Shown: piece after piece, positions 12,545 through 23,892 of the stretch
Position numbering within the stretch: the stretch's first letter is position 1
Layout of the letters: every line of letters begins with the position of its first letter
Assembly: GCF_902713615.1 (NCBI RefSeq)
Contig: NC_052150.1
Coordinates: forward strand, 172,628,100 to 172,692,099
Direction: 5' to 3'
Source of the DNA: Scyliorhinus canicula
Taxonomy: Eukaryota
Length of the DNA stretch: 64,000 nucleotides
Translations under genes and position numbers: made by a program
Notes under the pieces: generated by a model
Seen by the model: only the letters and a program-made list of their open reading frames with translations
The model's database searches: none
What the model was told of the DNA's origin: nothing

Positions 12545-13169
12545 TGTCATGGGCCAGGGTTTAGAGAACCCCAAAATGTATCATGGAGTTCACCTGACCC
12601 ACAACTTTTTCTCGATTATAGTATGGGGAGCACACAGCCCACTCTACAGGTGTGGCACAACAGAAATTTAAAGCAAAACAATGTTTATTCTATGAACTCA
12701 AGTTAACCTTTTTAAAACATACAGTGAACATCTTAGCAACCATTAATTCAAATACAAGCCCAAAGGCTACAACACTAAGTAATCCTTTAAGCTTTCCTTT
12801 TCACATCCATAAGACTTAAAACGCCTTTTACCAGAAGCACATTAGGTTTACATTCACTACTGAATGTAATTTAGAATTTATAATTCTGAATTCACCAAAT
12901 GATCAAACATAGTCTTTTCAAGGCAGAGAGCTCAACAGAACACCTGCTCTGTCTCGCTTCATCTCCAACACTGAAAAGGAAACTAAAACACACCCTGCAG
13001 CAAACAGCCTAAAATGAAAGTTAAAAGCTGACAGACACCCCAGCTCCACCCACTCTCTGACATCAATGCAGTAATAAACACCCATTTCTTAATGGTTACT
13101 CTCACTACAGATATTTATATACACACCCATTAATAAACACCCATTTCTTAAAAGTACTCTCACATGACA
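12545..13169 (-). repeat. 5' LTR of the Gmr1-like element
   Basis: Terminal inverted repeat TGTCATG...CATGACA. Homologous to the solo LTR at 38700-39510. Confidence 0.85.
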
Positions 13170-14895
13170 GTGTACAAAATGTGTTTCGTTGTGAAGAGTT
13201 GAGATGGCAGCAGAACATTTACTCAGTATTTCCTCAGAAAGGTTAGTAAAACCTGTTCGATACATAATAACTGGAGGCTATAATTTGCACACCAGTGAGT
13301 TGGCAATTTTACTTTTGTCTACATATTTCCATAATGGAGATTTGTTTTCTTCTTTTAGATCAATAAAACTAATTTCTCTAGATATTTTCTGTCCATCCTG
13401 CCACTTTGCTTAGTTTGAGAATTCAATCAAGATATAATTTTTACAGATACACAGTGTTCGGTGATATTCTATTGTTTACAATTTGCCATTTACAGATGAG
13501 CAACTCTAGATTGTTCAACTCACTTATTTTTTTTTATCCTATTGAACACATCGAAAATCTATAAAAGGGAGATCAGAAAGATTAAGGTATGTCAAAAAAA
13601 GTTAAGAAAAAAATCACAAAAACATTAATGTTATCCTTTTCATATGCATATTGATCAAGTATAGCCAAGGTAGGGCGGAACCAATGACAGTTGCAGAAGT
13701 CAGGCTTATAATGTAGAGTGGAAATGACAGATAACTAAATGAATATTTTTCTTCAGTTTTCACAGTGAAGGTGGATATTCAGAATATAGGTACGATGTTG
13801 TTAATGGAGTTCATTATTCAAAGATAAATTATACCAGGTAGTTTTACACCCTAAAATGCTGAGGTAAACTAATGATGAAATAACATTCCAATGTTCCGTC
13901 AAAAGGAAAATTGTTATAAGTACAAAGGCTGGGGTGGATATTCCACACCCACCGCTGCTTGTTTCTTGGCTGCAGGAGGTAGCCTCCACTGGCTGTAAGC
14001 AGCATCATCTGGTCTCCCTGCTGTCAATGGGATTTCCCATTGAATCCATCCCGGTCAAAACCACGGGTGAATGAGCCACCACGACCGGTGATAGCATGTT
14101 TTCACAGCTATTGGACCAAGGAGAGCGTCCTGAAGTGAGCCAAGGAGAATCGGTAGGTTTGGTGGGAAGGTAGCAGTATTCAAATATACCGAGGTGTTAT
14201 GGCAGAATTGGCAAGGAAGCAAGCGGCCTTCAACAAGGCAAAGTCAGTGCTTTTCAAGAGCGGCGTGCGGTTTGGTAAGGTGTGCCCGGCAAGGCTGAGG
14301 GTTACGCATAATGCCAAAGACCACTTCTTCAAGATGGCGGATAAGCGCAGGCTTATATTAGGGCGCAAGGACTTGGCCTGAACTGAGTGGGTTTGAAAGA
14401 GACTTTCCTGGCAGTTGGGACTTGTTTGTATGGGGACATTAGTTGTAAAGATGTGTTTTGTCTGATTTTTTTCCCTTGTTTCCCATCTTCCTTTTTCTTT
14501 TATGTACAGAGTTGGAGTTAATTGAAATTGATGTGGTTTGTTTTTCAGCTCCACCCACCAGATGGGACAAAGAACAACCCCCAATCACTGTCAGTACTCT
14601 ACCCCATCCCTCTCCTTCCCTATCCCAGGAATCCCCCAGCAACTTCTGTTGTGTTATGCTGCTTGGGTGTGGTGATTTGGGTTTCTTTGGTTGTTTATTT
14701 ATGTGATTTGGGCTGTGGCGGGGGGAGGGGGGTTTACCTCGCGAACAGGCTGAGGTTGGCTAGTGAACGAGAGTAAGGTGGGGTGAGGGGCTGCAGTTAC
14801 TGGACCTGTTTAGGCACGTTTTGATGAGCCTAGCAGGTGTGAATGATGGGGGGATGGGGAGGATGGATGAGAGAGGTGTAGGTTCAAGAAGAAGT

Positions 14896-15577
14896 TGTCA
14901 TGATATGCAAACATGCTACCAATGAACACTCAGAATAGGACACAACCAATGGGCAGTCAGGACACCCAGAGGTAGCATCACCACAAAGGGACATGACATA
15001 AATACTATAAAAGGGATGAGGCACTCACACGCTGCCTCTTTCTACAGACAGACATCTAGAGAGTTAGACAGGATTGATTAGCAGCACCACACCCCAGCAC
15101 GTGGCTCAGAGCAGTTAGTACAGTTAGACTGAGTTACTACAGTTTGATTAGCAGAGAACTGTGTTAATAGTTCAATAAACATGTTGAACTAATTTCAGAG
15201 TCTGGAGCATCCTTTAGTTAATAGAATTTACAGTGCAGAAGGAGGCCATTCGGCCCATCGAGTCTGCACCGGCTCTTGGTCAACACCTCCACCCATCCCC
15301 ATAACCCAGTAACCCCACCCAACACTAAGGGCAATTTATCATGGCCAATCCACCTAACCTGCACATCTTTGGACTGTGGGAGGAAACCGGAGCACCTGGG
15401 GGAAACCCACACACACACGGGGAGGATGTGCAGACTCCGCACAGACAGTGACCCAAGCCGGGAACCGAACCTGGGACCCTGGAGCTGTGAAGCGATTGTG
15501 CGATTGTGCTATCCACAATGCTACCGTGCTGCCCATCAAGTGGCAGCCTGTGTTATCCGAAGCAGCATAACACAACA
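14896..15577 (+). repeat. Solo LTR (TG...CA, 5-bp TSD GAAGT) containing a SINE
   Basis: Starts tgtcatg at 14896 and ends cacaaca at 15577. gaagt at 14891-14895 and 15578-15582. TATA (tataaaa, ~15007) and aataaa (~15174). Confidence 0.8.
15222..15535 (-). mobile_element. HE1-like SINE
   Basis: Reverse complement of the SINE family seen at 15931-16285. Confidence 0.8.
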
Positions 15578-15930
15578 GAAGTTTCTGGGAGATTCCTGGG
15601 ATAGGGAGGGAGAGAGATGGGGTAGAGTACTGACGGTGATTGGGGGTTGTTCTTTGTTCCATTTGGTGGTTGGGTTGGCTGCCATCTTATGTGAGCTCTG
15701 GTTTTAGAAATATGGGGGGGGGGGGCAGCACGGTGGCACAGTGGTTAGCACTGCTCACAGCAGTTAATTGGAAAATAATAATTGGGTACTCTAAATTTAT
15801 ATTTTTAAAAATATGGGGGATGGAGGGGAGAACACCTCGCGGTGGAAATGGCTGACTTGAAAAGGAGGGGGGTGAGAAACCCCCGATTCAATTGGTCATG
15901 TGGAATGTGCGGGCTTTGGGAGCCTAAGTG

Positions 15931-16285
15931 GGGGCAGCACAGTAGCACAGTGGTTAGCACAGTTGCTTCACAGCTCCAGAGTCTCAGATTTGATTCCATC
16001 ATCTCAGGTTTGATTCCCGGAGGGGTCACTCTCTGTGCGGAGTCTGCACGTTCTTCCCCTGTCTGCGTGGGTTTCCTCTCAGTGCTCCGGTTGTCTCCTA
16101 CCATCCAAAGATGTGAAGGTTAGGTAGATTGGCCATGATACATTGTCCTTAGTGTCCAAAAAGATTAGGTGGGGTTACTGGGTTACAGGGATAGGGTGGA
16201 GGTGTGGGCTTGTGGGGTTCTCTTTCCAAGGGCCGGTGCAGACATAATGGGCCAAATGGCCTCCTTCTGCACTCCTTCTATGAAA
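15931..16285 (+). mobile_element. HE1-like SINE in L1-A ORF2
   Basis: ggggcagcacagtagcacagtggttagcac head and gggccaaatggcctccttctgcact LINE-like tail. Confidence 0.8.
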
Positions 16286-16729
16286 GTGAAGTGAGAGAGA
16301 GTTTTCTCTCATTTGAAATGTTTGAGGGCGATGTTGTGGTTTTTCAGGAGGCCCATCTGAGGGTTGTTGCTCGTTTTGGTGATTGTGCTTTCCACTCAAT
16401 TGGCTCTGTTTTATTCCCTTACTCTAGAGTCGCCAGGTATCTTTATGATACCACCACGAGGTTCAAGTTCAAGTGCTGATCAATGACTCAGCACACCAGT
16501 TAGTAAGGTTCAAATCAAAACACATTTATTATATACACAGTCAATCGCTACTCATGCATAAATACTACAAAACTAAGCCACTTCTCCCACTACAGGCCAA
16601 TATTTATCTTCTGGAAAAGGAACCCACTGGGTCAGGGAACAATGGCCTCTTGTTCAATCCTGGGCTGCAGGCTTCCAACTGGTATAGACTAAGGGTCAGG
16701 AGCGCCTATCTCGTAGCGTGTGTTGACTG

Positions 16730-17661
16730 TGTAGCCATCTAAGATGCACACCAGTAACACAAAATGGAAGACTGCAAAGAATACAGGGAAAAACGGACAT
16801 AGTAAAGAGCAAACAGCTTGCAGAAGCAGTCAGTATTGAGACACTTGCAAAAACCGGTTTCCCGACAGCTGCAGAGTTCAGGCAGCACTGTAAATGGGAA
16901 AACAGTTTACATACTAATGAGGTGATACCGGGACAGTCCCGGGCACAATAGATACACTCAAGGATCAATCGATACTTTCAAAAGCGAAGCAGACACGATG
17001 GAGCCAGCGAAACCAGGACAATGAGTCCTAAGAACCGCCCCAGCCATCAAGGAACGACCCTAGGATAGGGGGGTTCAAATCATATCGATTGGGAAAAGGC
17101 CCAATCGATCCCCAGCAGGTGAGGAAGCCCGCCCCATGGGGCACGGACCTGCTGGGACCTATAAAAGAAGGTCCCGCACATGGTTCGGTCTCCTGTCTCC
17201 GGCCTCCGACTCCAGAATCCTGTCTTTTACACCAGCCGACGAGCAGCAGCCATCAATAAGTAAGTGCCAAACGACGATCGCTACCTTGACCCAGGCATTA
17301 CTTATACCCGTGCCAACCAGTAGTAACAAGAAGTTGCAGACCAGAACGGAACGAAGGCCTTGTTCCCTGACCTTGCCTGTTCCTTCTTAGATAAGTATTA
17401 GTCGTTTAATGGTAGAAGAAAGTTAGTCTTTAGCATTTGCATGAGTATTTATTATAATTGTTATAATAAACTCTAACTGTTTGGACTTACTAATTGGTGT
17501 ATAGCTTTATTGCTTTGAACTTGACCTTGATACTTGTGACGGTGTCTCTTACGGCACCTGGCGACTCCAGAGCATAGAAACGAGAAACAGAGCCAAGCGA
17601 GTGTTAAGCACACTTCCTCTGCTGGAGGAGTGTTAAACACACTTACTCAGAACGAGCAACA
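16730..17661 (+). repeat. 5' LTR (932 bp)
   Basis: tgtagcca...gagcaaca, TATAAAA at 17160-17166, AATAAA at 17465-17470. The last 170 bp recur at 25370-25539. Confidence 0.9.
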
Positions 17662-17666
17662 TTTAG

Positions 17667-17684
17667 TGGCGACTCCGCCGGGAC
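17667..17684 (+). promoter_or_regulatory. Primer-binding site, tRNA-Arg(UCU)
   Basis: TGGCGACTCCGCCGGGAC is the complement of the 3' 18 nt of a vertebrate tRNA-Arg-TCT (...GTCCCGGCGGAGTCG-CCA, recalled sequence). It lies 5 nt after the LTR end. Confidence 0.85.
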
Positions 17685-17972
17685 ACGATTAGAAGTGGCA
17701 CCCCCACTCCGAGAGAACCCAGAAATTTGAATTGGAAATCTAATTGGGAAAAAGGAAATATCACAAGTGTTCAAGGAGTTCAAATCAATAACGATAATTC
17801 GGAAGTGTGTTTTGTGCATGCGTAACTAACAGGGTTGTAAGGTTAAACTGAGAGATTTTTGTGTTGCGACAAACTGTCGGTAGTTTTTTAAGCGGAACAT
17901 AGTGAAAGCCTTACCCGTCTTTTAAAACATTACCTGATCATCCCCTGTTCCAAATTAAGACAGAAAGAGGAA

Positions 17973-19718
17973 ATGGCCATGCAGGCAATGGAACGCCTCA
18001 TGAATCCAGAGCAGTTCGTGGTCGCAGCGACCAGCAGTAGCAGAGTAGGCCAGTGTCCCGTGTGGGAGCTGGAACTCCGCAAGTATCTAAAAGGGAAAGG
18101 ATGGCCCTTTTGGAATGAGTTTAGTATGAATGAGGAGACAGGTCCCGGGAGTATAGGACATACTTGGTGGGAGAACCTCTCTCAAATTCATAAGAAAAAT
18201 CTTAGTAAAGCACGCAAGCCGATGGCAATCGTGTCCTGTTTGGCACAATTGCGAGGCACTGAGGAGGTCGTTCGGACGCTCCGAGCAGAGTTAGAGGAAC
18301 AAAACAGAATGAGCAAAGTGGATGTCAGGGACATTGAAAGGGAAAACCTCGAGCTAAGAGGGAAGCTGGCAGAGAAGGGTAGAGAGGCAGATGATGCAAA
18401 GAGGGCACATCAGTCGTGTCTAGCCCATCTGAGCAGTTCCCAGACCCAATATGAAAAAGCCTATCAGGATGTGCAACGTGCAGTCCTGATACGAGAGGAA
18501 TCAGAAAAGCAGGTAGAGGCAATGCAGAGGCAATGCTCGGACCTAAAGGCAGCTTTAAGAGCACTCCACGCTGCCACCACTGAGCAAAGACAGAGCACAG
18601 TGGACCACGCAAAGTGTAGGAAGCAGATTGCGGAGCTGCAATCGTTGCTTTCAGTGCAGAATGGGTTCCAAAGCACCTTTGGAACACAGTTAGATGAGGA
18701 GAATGCCCCAGATTGGCAGGAATTAAGTGAGACAGCGCAGCGCTATGTTCAGGGAACATGTGCGCCAGTAGCGCAGCAGAAAAGGAAAGCACCCCAAACC
18801 CCCAAGATCAGATAGCACCCGCACCTATGAACCCAGTCACCACCCAAAGAAAGGCAACCACAGACGGCGCACCCGACATCACCTACACCACCCCCTTAAC
18901 TGTAACGCAACTCAGGGACGCGTGTGAGAAAATCACTCCGTTTCTCCCCACCGCAGACCCCCACCAATTTTTCGCTAAAGTAAAACAGCAGGCTACCATG
19001 TACGGCCTGGACGAAAGACAGCAGGTTAAGCTCACTGTTTTGAGCTTAGACCAGTCTGTAGTAGCAGCCCTCCCCGACCCACAGAATGTTGGAGGAGGCA
19101 CACTAGAAGAGATGCATACATCCATTTTGGATGAGATAGGATATAGTAGAGGAGACCCAGTCGAAGGCCTAAATAGATGTAGGCAAAAGAGGACAGAGCA
19201 CCCCACAGCATTCGCAGGAAGGCTAGTGGATCCATTTCACTGCCGTTTTTGGCGAATTAGACCGAGCGCATTTAAACCGAGACAACATGGTTAAATGGAC
19301 CCGCACCATAATCTCCCATGCCACAGATGCAGGACAGAATGCTTGCAATAGTTATGACCCCTCAGAGGAGGCCCATAATGAGAAATGGGTTCTGAAAAGA
19401 TTGTCCCGCGCTTGGGAACAATCTGTCCAGGGCAAAGTTAAAGTAAAGACCCCAGAGGAAGCTCAGGCTGCAACGGATATTCAGGCAGTGAGAGCGCACC
19501 AAAACCCCACATGGGTAAACGAAGGGAAGAACAGCCCTCCACAGAAGTCGCAGGAATGCTACAACTGTGGTCAATTAGGCCATTTTGCAAAAGAATGCAA
19601 TGCCCCACAGAGATCACAGAGAGGCCAGCAGACAGGCACTCTGAACAAGAATAGAGCGAAGCCCATCCATAGTATAGGGTTACAGTCAGGACAGACCAAT
19701 GTGGACGGAACGGACTGA
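17973..19718 (+). pseudogene. gag: gag (N-terminal domain, long coiled coil, capsid-like region, single CCHC knuckle); two frameshifts
   Basis: ORFs 17973..18815, 18758..19294 and 19287..19718, with CYNCGQLGHFAKEC. Ends in TGA at 19716-19718. Confidence 0.85.
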
Positions 19719-22700
19719 CGGTGTTCGGGCTCCCCCACTTGGGTCTGTGACACCCTCTGGGACCAATCCGGAAGGCCGGTAGTCACAGCAAAGTTTAGTG
19801 GGAAGCCCATAGAATTACTTTGGGACACAGGAGGGTCCCGCACCACAATTAATTCCACCACCACGGCACAGGCAGACACGTGGCCGACCACATCCACAAT
19901 TACACTCAGCGGATTTACAGGTCACTCGCAGCAGGGACACATTACAGCCCCCATAGCAATTCAGCTAGGGAACATCTCCACCAGACACCCCATTGTTTTA
20001 GTTAATCTACCCCGCACAGCAGAACACATACTGGGTATTGATTTCATGAATGCCCATAGCCTGTTGTTCGATCCAGTAAACCAGTGTGTCTGGCGAATGG
20101 CAAAATCAGACAGAGTACCCGCTACTCTCACAGTAGGAGAGTATGCAAATCGGATTAGCGCAGTAGGCTACTATTGTTTTGACCTGACCACGCTTAGTAC
20201 AGACAGACAAGTTAGGGCAGTTCTAAACCGACACAGGACAGCATTTGCCAGTCACCGGCACGACTGCGGCAGAATGACTGGACATGTTCAAGTTACCGGA
20301 CCTGACCCCAGACCACAGAAACAGTACCGATTTCCTCTAGAAGCAGAGGGAGAAATTGGAAAAGTAATAGACAGCTTATTGGAGAAAGGGGTACTTAGGA
20401 CAGTAGCCTCGACCAATAATGCACCTATTTGGCCAGTGAGAAAGCCCGACGGATCATGGCGTCTGACCATAGATTATTGGGAGCTCAACAAAGTAACCCC
20501 AGCAGTAGCCCCCCCGGTAGCAACAAGTCCCGAGACCATGCTCAAACAGGGACTCCACTCAAAATTCTTCACAGTTTTGGACATTAGCAATGGCTTCTGG
20601 TCAATCCCATTGGCAAAGGCGTGCCAGTACAAATTTGCCTTCACATTTAAAGGACAGCAGTATACGTGGACATGCCTCCCACAAGGATTCCACAATTCAC
20701 CCTCCATTTTCCACCGACAGCTGGCAAATGGTTTAGCAAAATTTTCCCGCCCCGAATGTCTGGTACAGTATGTGGACGACCTATTACTGCAGACAGACAC
20801 CAAGGCAGAGCACATTACACTTCTGGCCGAGCTCCTGGAACTTCTGAACTCAATCGGATGTAAAGTTAACCCCAGAAAGGCCCAAATATTAGAAAACCAA
20901 GTGATGTATTTGGGTAGTCATCACGCACGGCAAACGCGAGATCGAGTTCAAAAGAATTGAATCGATTGTCAAATTGCCCCTTCCCCAGAATGTTTCAGCC
21001 CTCCGGTCGTTTTTAGGACTGGTTGGGTACTGTCGGAACCATATCGATGGTTTCGCGACAAAGGCAGCCCCACTCTCTGACCTCCTTAAGAAAGGAGCCC
21101 CATGGGAATGGCTTCCGCAGCATACAGAGGCTGTGGAAGAGTTAAAAAAAGGCCCTTAGCGCAGCACCCGCGCTACAAGTCCCAGGCCAACTCTCCCCCT
21201 GTGCAATAGAGGTAGCGAGCACAGATCTGACCCTCTCGGCCGTGTTACTCCAGGAACGGCACGAGCAGCTACGACCCGTGGCTTATGCCTCACGACTTTT
21301 AGACCCCGTAGAGCAAGGATTTTCAGCCTGCGAGAGGCACCTCCTAGCAGTTTTTTGGGCAGTACAGTACTTCGCGTACATTACCGGACTCAATCCCATC
21401 ACCATTTTGACCGAGCACACCCCCACACAGTTACTTTTAGACGGTCGACTGAAGGACGGTTCAGTGAGCCAGATAAGAGCAGCTAGATGGACGTTACTGT
21501 TACAAGGACGGGACATCACAGTTAAACGGACCAGGACACACACATTTTTAGCCGACAACCTCCAGTATCCAGGACAGCCCCATGAATGCAAAATTGTAGC
21601 CCCCCTACACAACACAGGACCCTTCATAGCAAAGACACTCCCCAGAAAGATAGGAAATTCAAGCCAGAGCCCCCAGCACACAGACACGTGTGCCCCACTG
21701 AAAATATACATGGACGGTTCATCCACAGTTTTAGATGGAGAACGCATCACTGGATGCGGAATCTATGTTGAGGATGCGCAGGATCGCGCACTAGAGGAAA
21801 TTTCTTTAAAATTACCGGGTCACTTAGGCGCGCAGGCAGCAGAGCTCGCGGCCATCGCATACATAGTGGACCACCCCGATTCTTTCCCCAGCCCGGCAGA
21901 CATATATTCGGACAGTTTGTATGTCTGTAACAGCCTGACCGATTTTCTACCCCTGTGGAGGACACAAGGTTTTGTCTCCGCAGACGGGAAGCCCCTTCCA
22001 TCAGCCCCATTACTCCGCCATATCCTAGAGAAAGCAAAGGATAGGACTTTTGGCATAATTAAAGTTAGGAGTCACCATAGGTCATCCCCCCTGGAAAGGT
22101 AAAAGCCGACGCATTGGCAAAAGCAGGTTCCAGGCGAGGTCACCTTTGGACACCCCCAGCTAGCGCACCAGCTAGCGCCCCTGTGAGTGCAGTAGAGGTC
22201 TCACAGACAGATATTAAAGATTTAGTTGAGGCACAGAAACAGGACGGAAATCTCAGGGAGATTTTTAAAGGAAACTTTGTGGCCCAATATGATAGGTTCA
22301 GACACGCTTTGACCACACTTAAGGGTGTGATCATTAAAGACAAACTGTATGTGGTTCCTGAACAAGATAGGAATCAAATGATTGCCTTATTCCATGACAG
22401 TCGTGGACACCAAGGGATCGACCCGACCACAAGACACCTCAGACAACTCTGTTGGTGGCCAAACTTACGAATAGATGTGACACACTACATCGAGAATTGT
22501 CTAATTTGTGCACAAAATAACCCGGAGAGGTACTCAAAGAAGGCACAACTTAGCCATACTCGCCCCGTTAATGGCCCCTGGACAAACCTCCAGATCGATT
22601 TTATAGGACCATTGCCCCCTTGCAGGAATGGCTATAAGTATGTTCTGGTAGTTATAGACACCTTTACCAAATGGGTAGAGGCATTCCCTTCACGAACCAA

Positions 22701-23472
22701 CACAGCTAAGACAGCTGCAAAGATCCTGACCCACCACATCTTTACGAGATGGGGTCTCCCCAGAAGTATAGAGTCAGATCAGGGATCTCACTTCACAGGA
22801 CGGGTCATGAAGAACGTCCTGACCATATTCGGCATCAAACAAAATTTCCACATTGCGTATCACCCCCAGTCAAGCGGGATAGTAGAACGCATGAATCGGA
22901 CCCTAAAATCGACCCTTAGGAAGATGGTACAGGAGAACAATTCGACTTGGGATTCAGTGCTCCCATTCGCACTAATGTTCATCCGCAACACGGTTTCATC
23001 ACCTACAGGTTTCACCCCACACACACTCATGACCGGACGCCCTATGAAAGGGATAGAATTCCTTTTAGGACTGGAAATGACTAGCCCCGAAGTGACGGCC
23101 CTCACACATGAGAAGGCAGTCAAAGATTTAGTTGAGACTGTGAGGTCTGCACAGTTAGCAGCCGCAGTAACCCTAGGCAAGCGACGAAAACAGAGCACGG
23201 CTTGTTTTAATAAGAATGTACACCCCACGGAATTTCAGGTTGGACAACAGGTTATGTTATCTGTTTATAACCCCAGCACGTTTTTGGCTCCTAAATTTTC
23301 CGGCCCGTATTCAATTTCGGACAAAATCAGCCCCTCTGTTTACAGAATAAAATACCCCAACGGTAAGACTGCGTGGTTTCATATCAACCAGTTAAAGGCT
23401 TATGGAACGCAGTCCAACCACACACACCATGTCCTACTGGATGCTGCACAACATCTCAACTCCGCTCACTGA
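19719..23472 (+). pseudogene. pol: pro-pol: protease, RT, tether RNase H, RNase H, integrase; about three frameshifts
   Basis: LLWDTGGS (DTG at 19824-19832), ILGIDF, LPQGFHNSP, YVDD, RPVAYASR, YMDGSS/AAEL/YSDS, HHCC (HDSRGH...CLIC), IDFIG/SDQGSHF/VERMNR and GPY. Confidence 0.92.
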
Positions 23473-23607
23473 CTCCAGACCACGCCCCGGAACGTCCACA
23501 AGCTTCCACAGCAGAGACAGCAACACTGACTGTGACAATGAGGACAGCCACAGCACCCCACCCTACAGCCCCACTTTAGCGACTACGACCCCGACTCCAG
23601 TGACCCC

Positions 23608-23892
23608 ATGGAAGTCACCTACATTAAATATCCAAACCCACACCCAGACCCACCACCTGACCCCGACGATACCGACTATGCCCCTTCAAATTTAGACACC
23701 ACATTTTGGCACAGGGACAATTCATGGCGACTTGTCCGCAATGACGAGAGTGACCCCCGGTCACATAATGCACAGATTGCATGCCTGATCCATACGAGGG
23801 TATGGGATCCGGGAGAAAAGGAAGACTTGATGTCTGACTCCCAACACGGCAACCCCTTTGTGACCCAGTTCACAGAGAAAGAGGAGAAGTGA
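23608..23892 (+). other. Acidic Pro/Asp-rich ORF downstream of integrase (probable frameshifted Pol C-terminal extension or accessory ORF)
   Basis: 94-aa ORF preceded by a Ser/Thr/Asp-rich frame (23402..23695). No recognisable domain. Confidence 0.4.

Larger units (their letters stand above)
6891..13169 (-). mobile_element. Gmr1-clade Ty3/Gypsy LTR retrotransposon (LTR-gag-PR-IN-RT), 3' end missing
   Basis: LTR 12545-13169 and tRNA-Pro PBS. Gag with SCAN-like capsid segment and CFHCHKLGHVKLQC knuckle. PR ILRDTGAS at ~10772-10790. IN (H..PVGGH, IDCVG, DQGSNF, ERWHQTLK, GPY) lies upstream of RT (PIKQHPYR, RLCVDYRKVN, LDLLKVYW). Confidence 0.9.

Noticed and set aside
13073-13163. Direct repeat aataaacacccatttcttaa...actctcac in the Gmr1 LTR as a CRISPR-like array
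   Set aside because: Two units only, inside an LTR of a eukaryotic genome. It is an ordinary U3 duplication.
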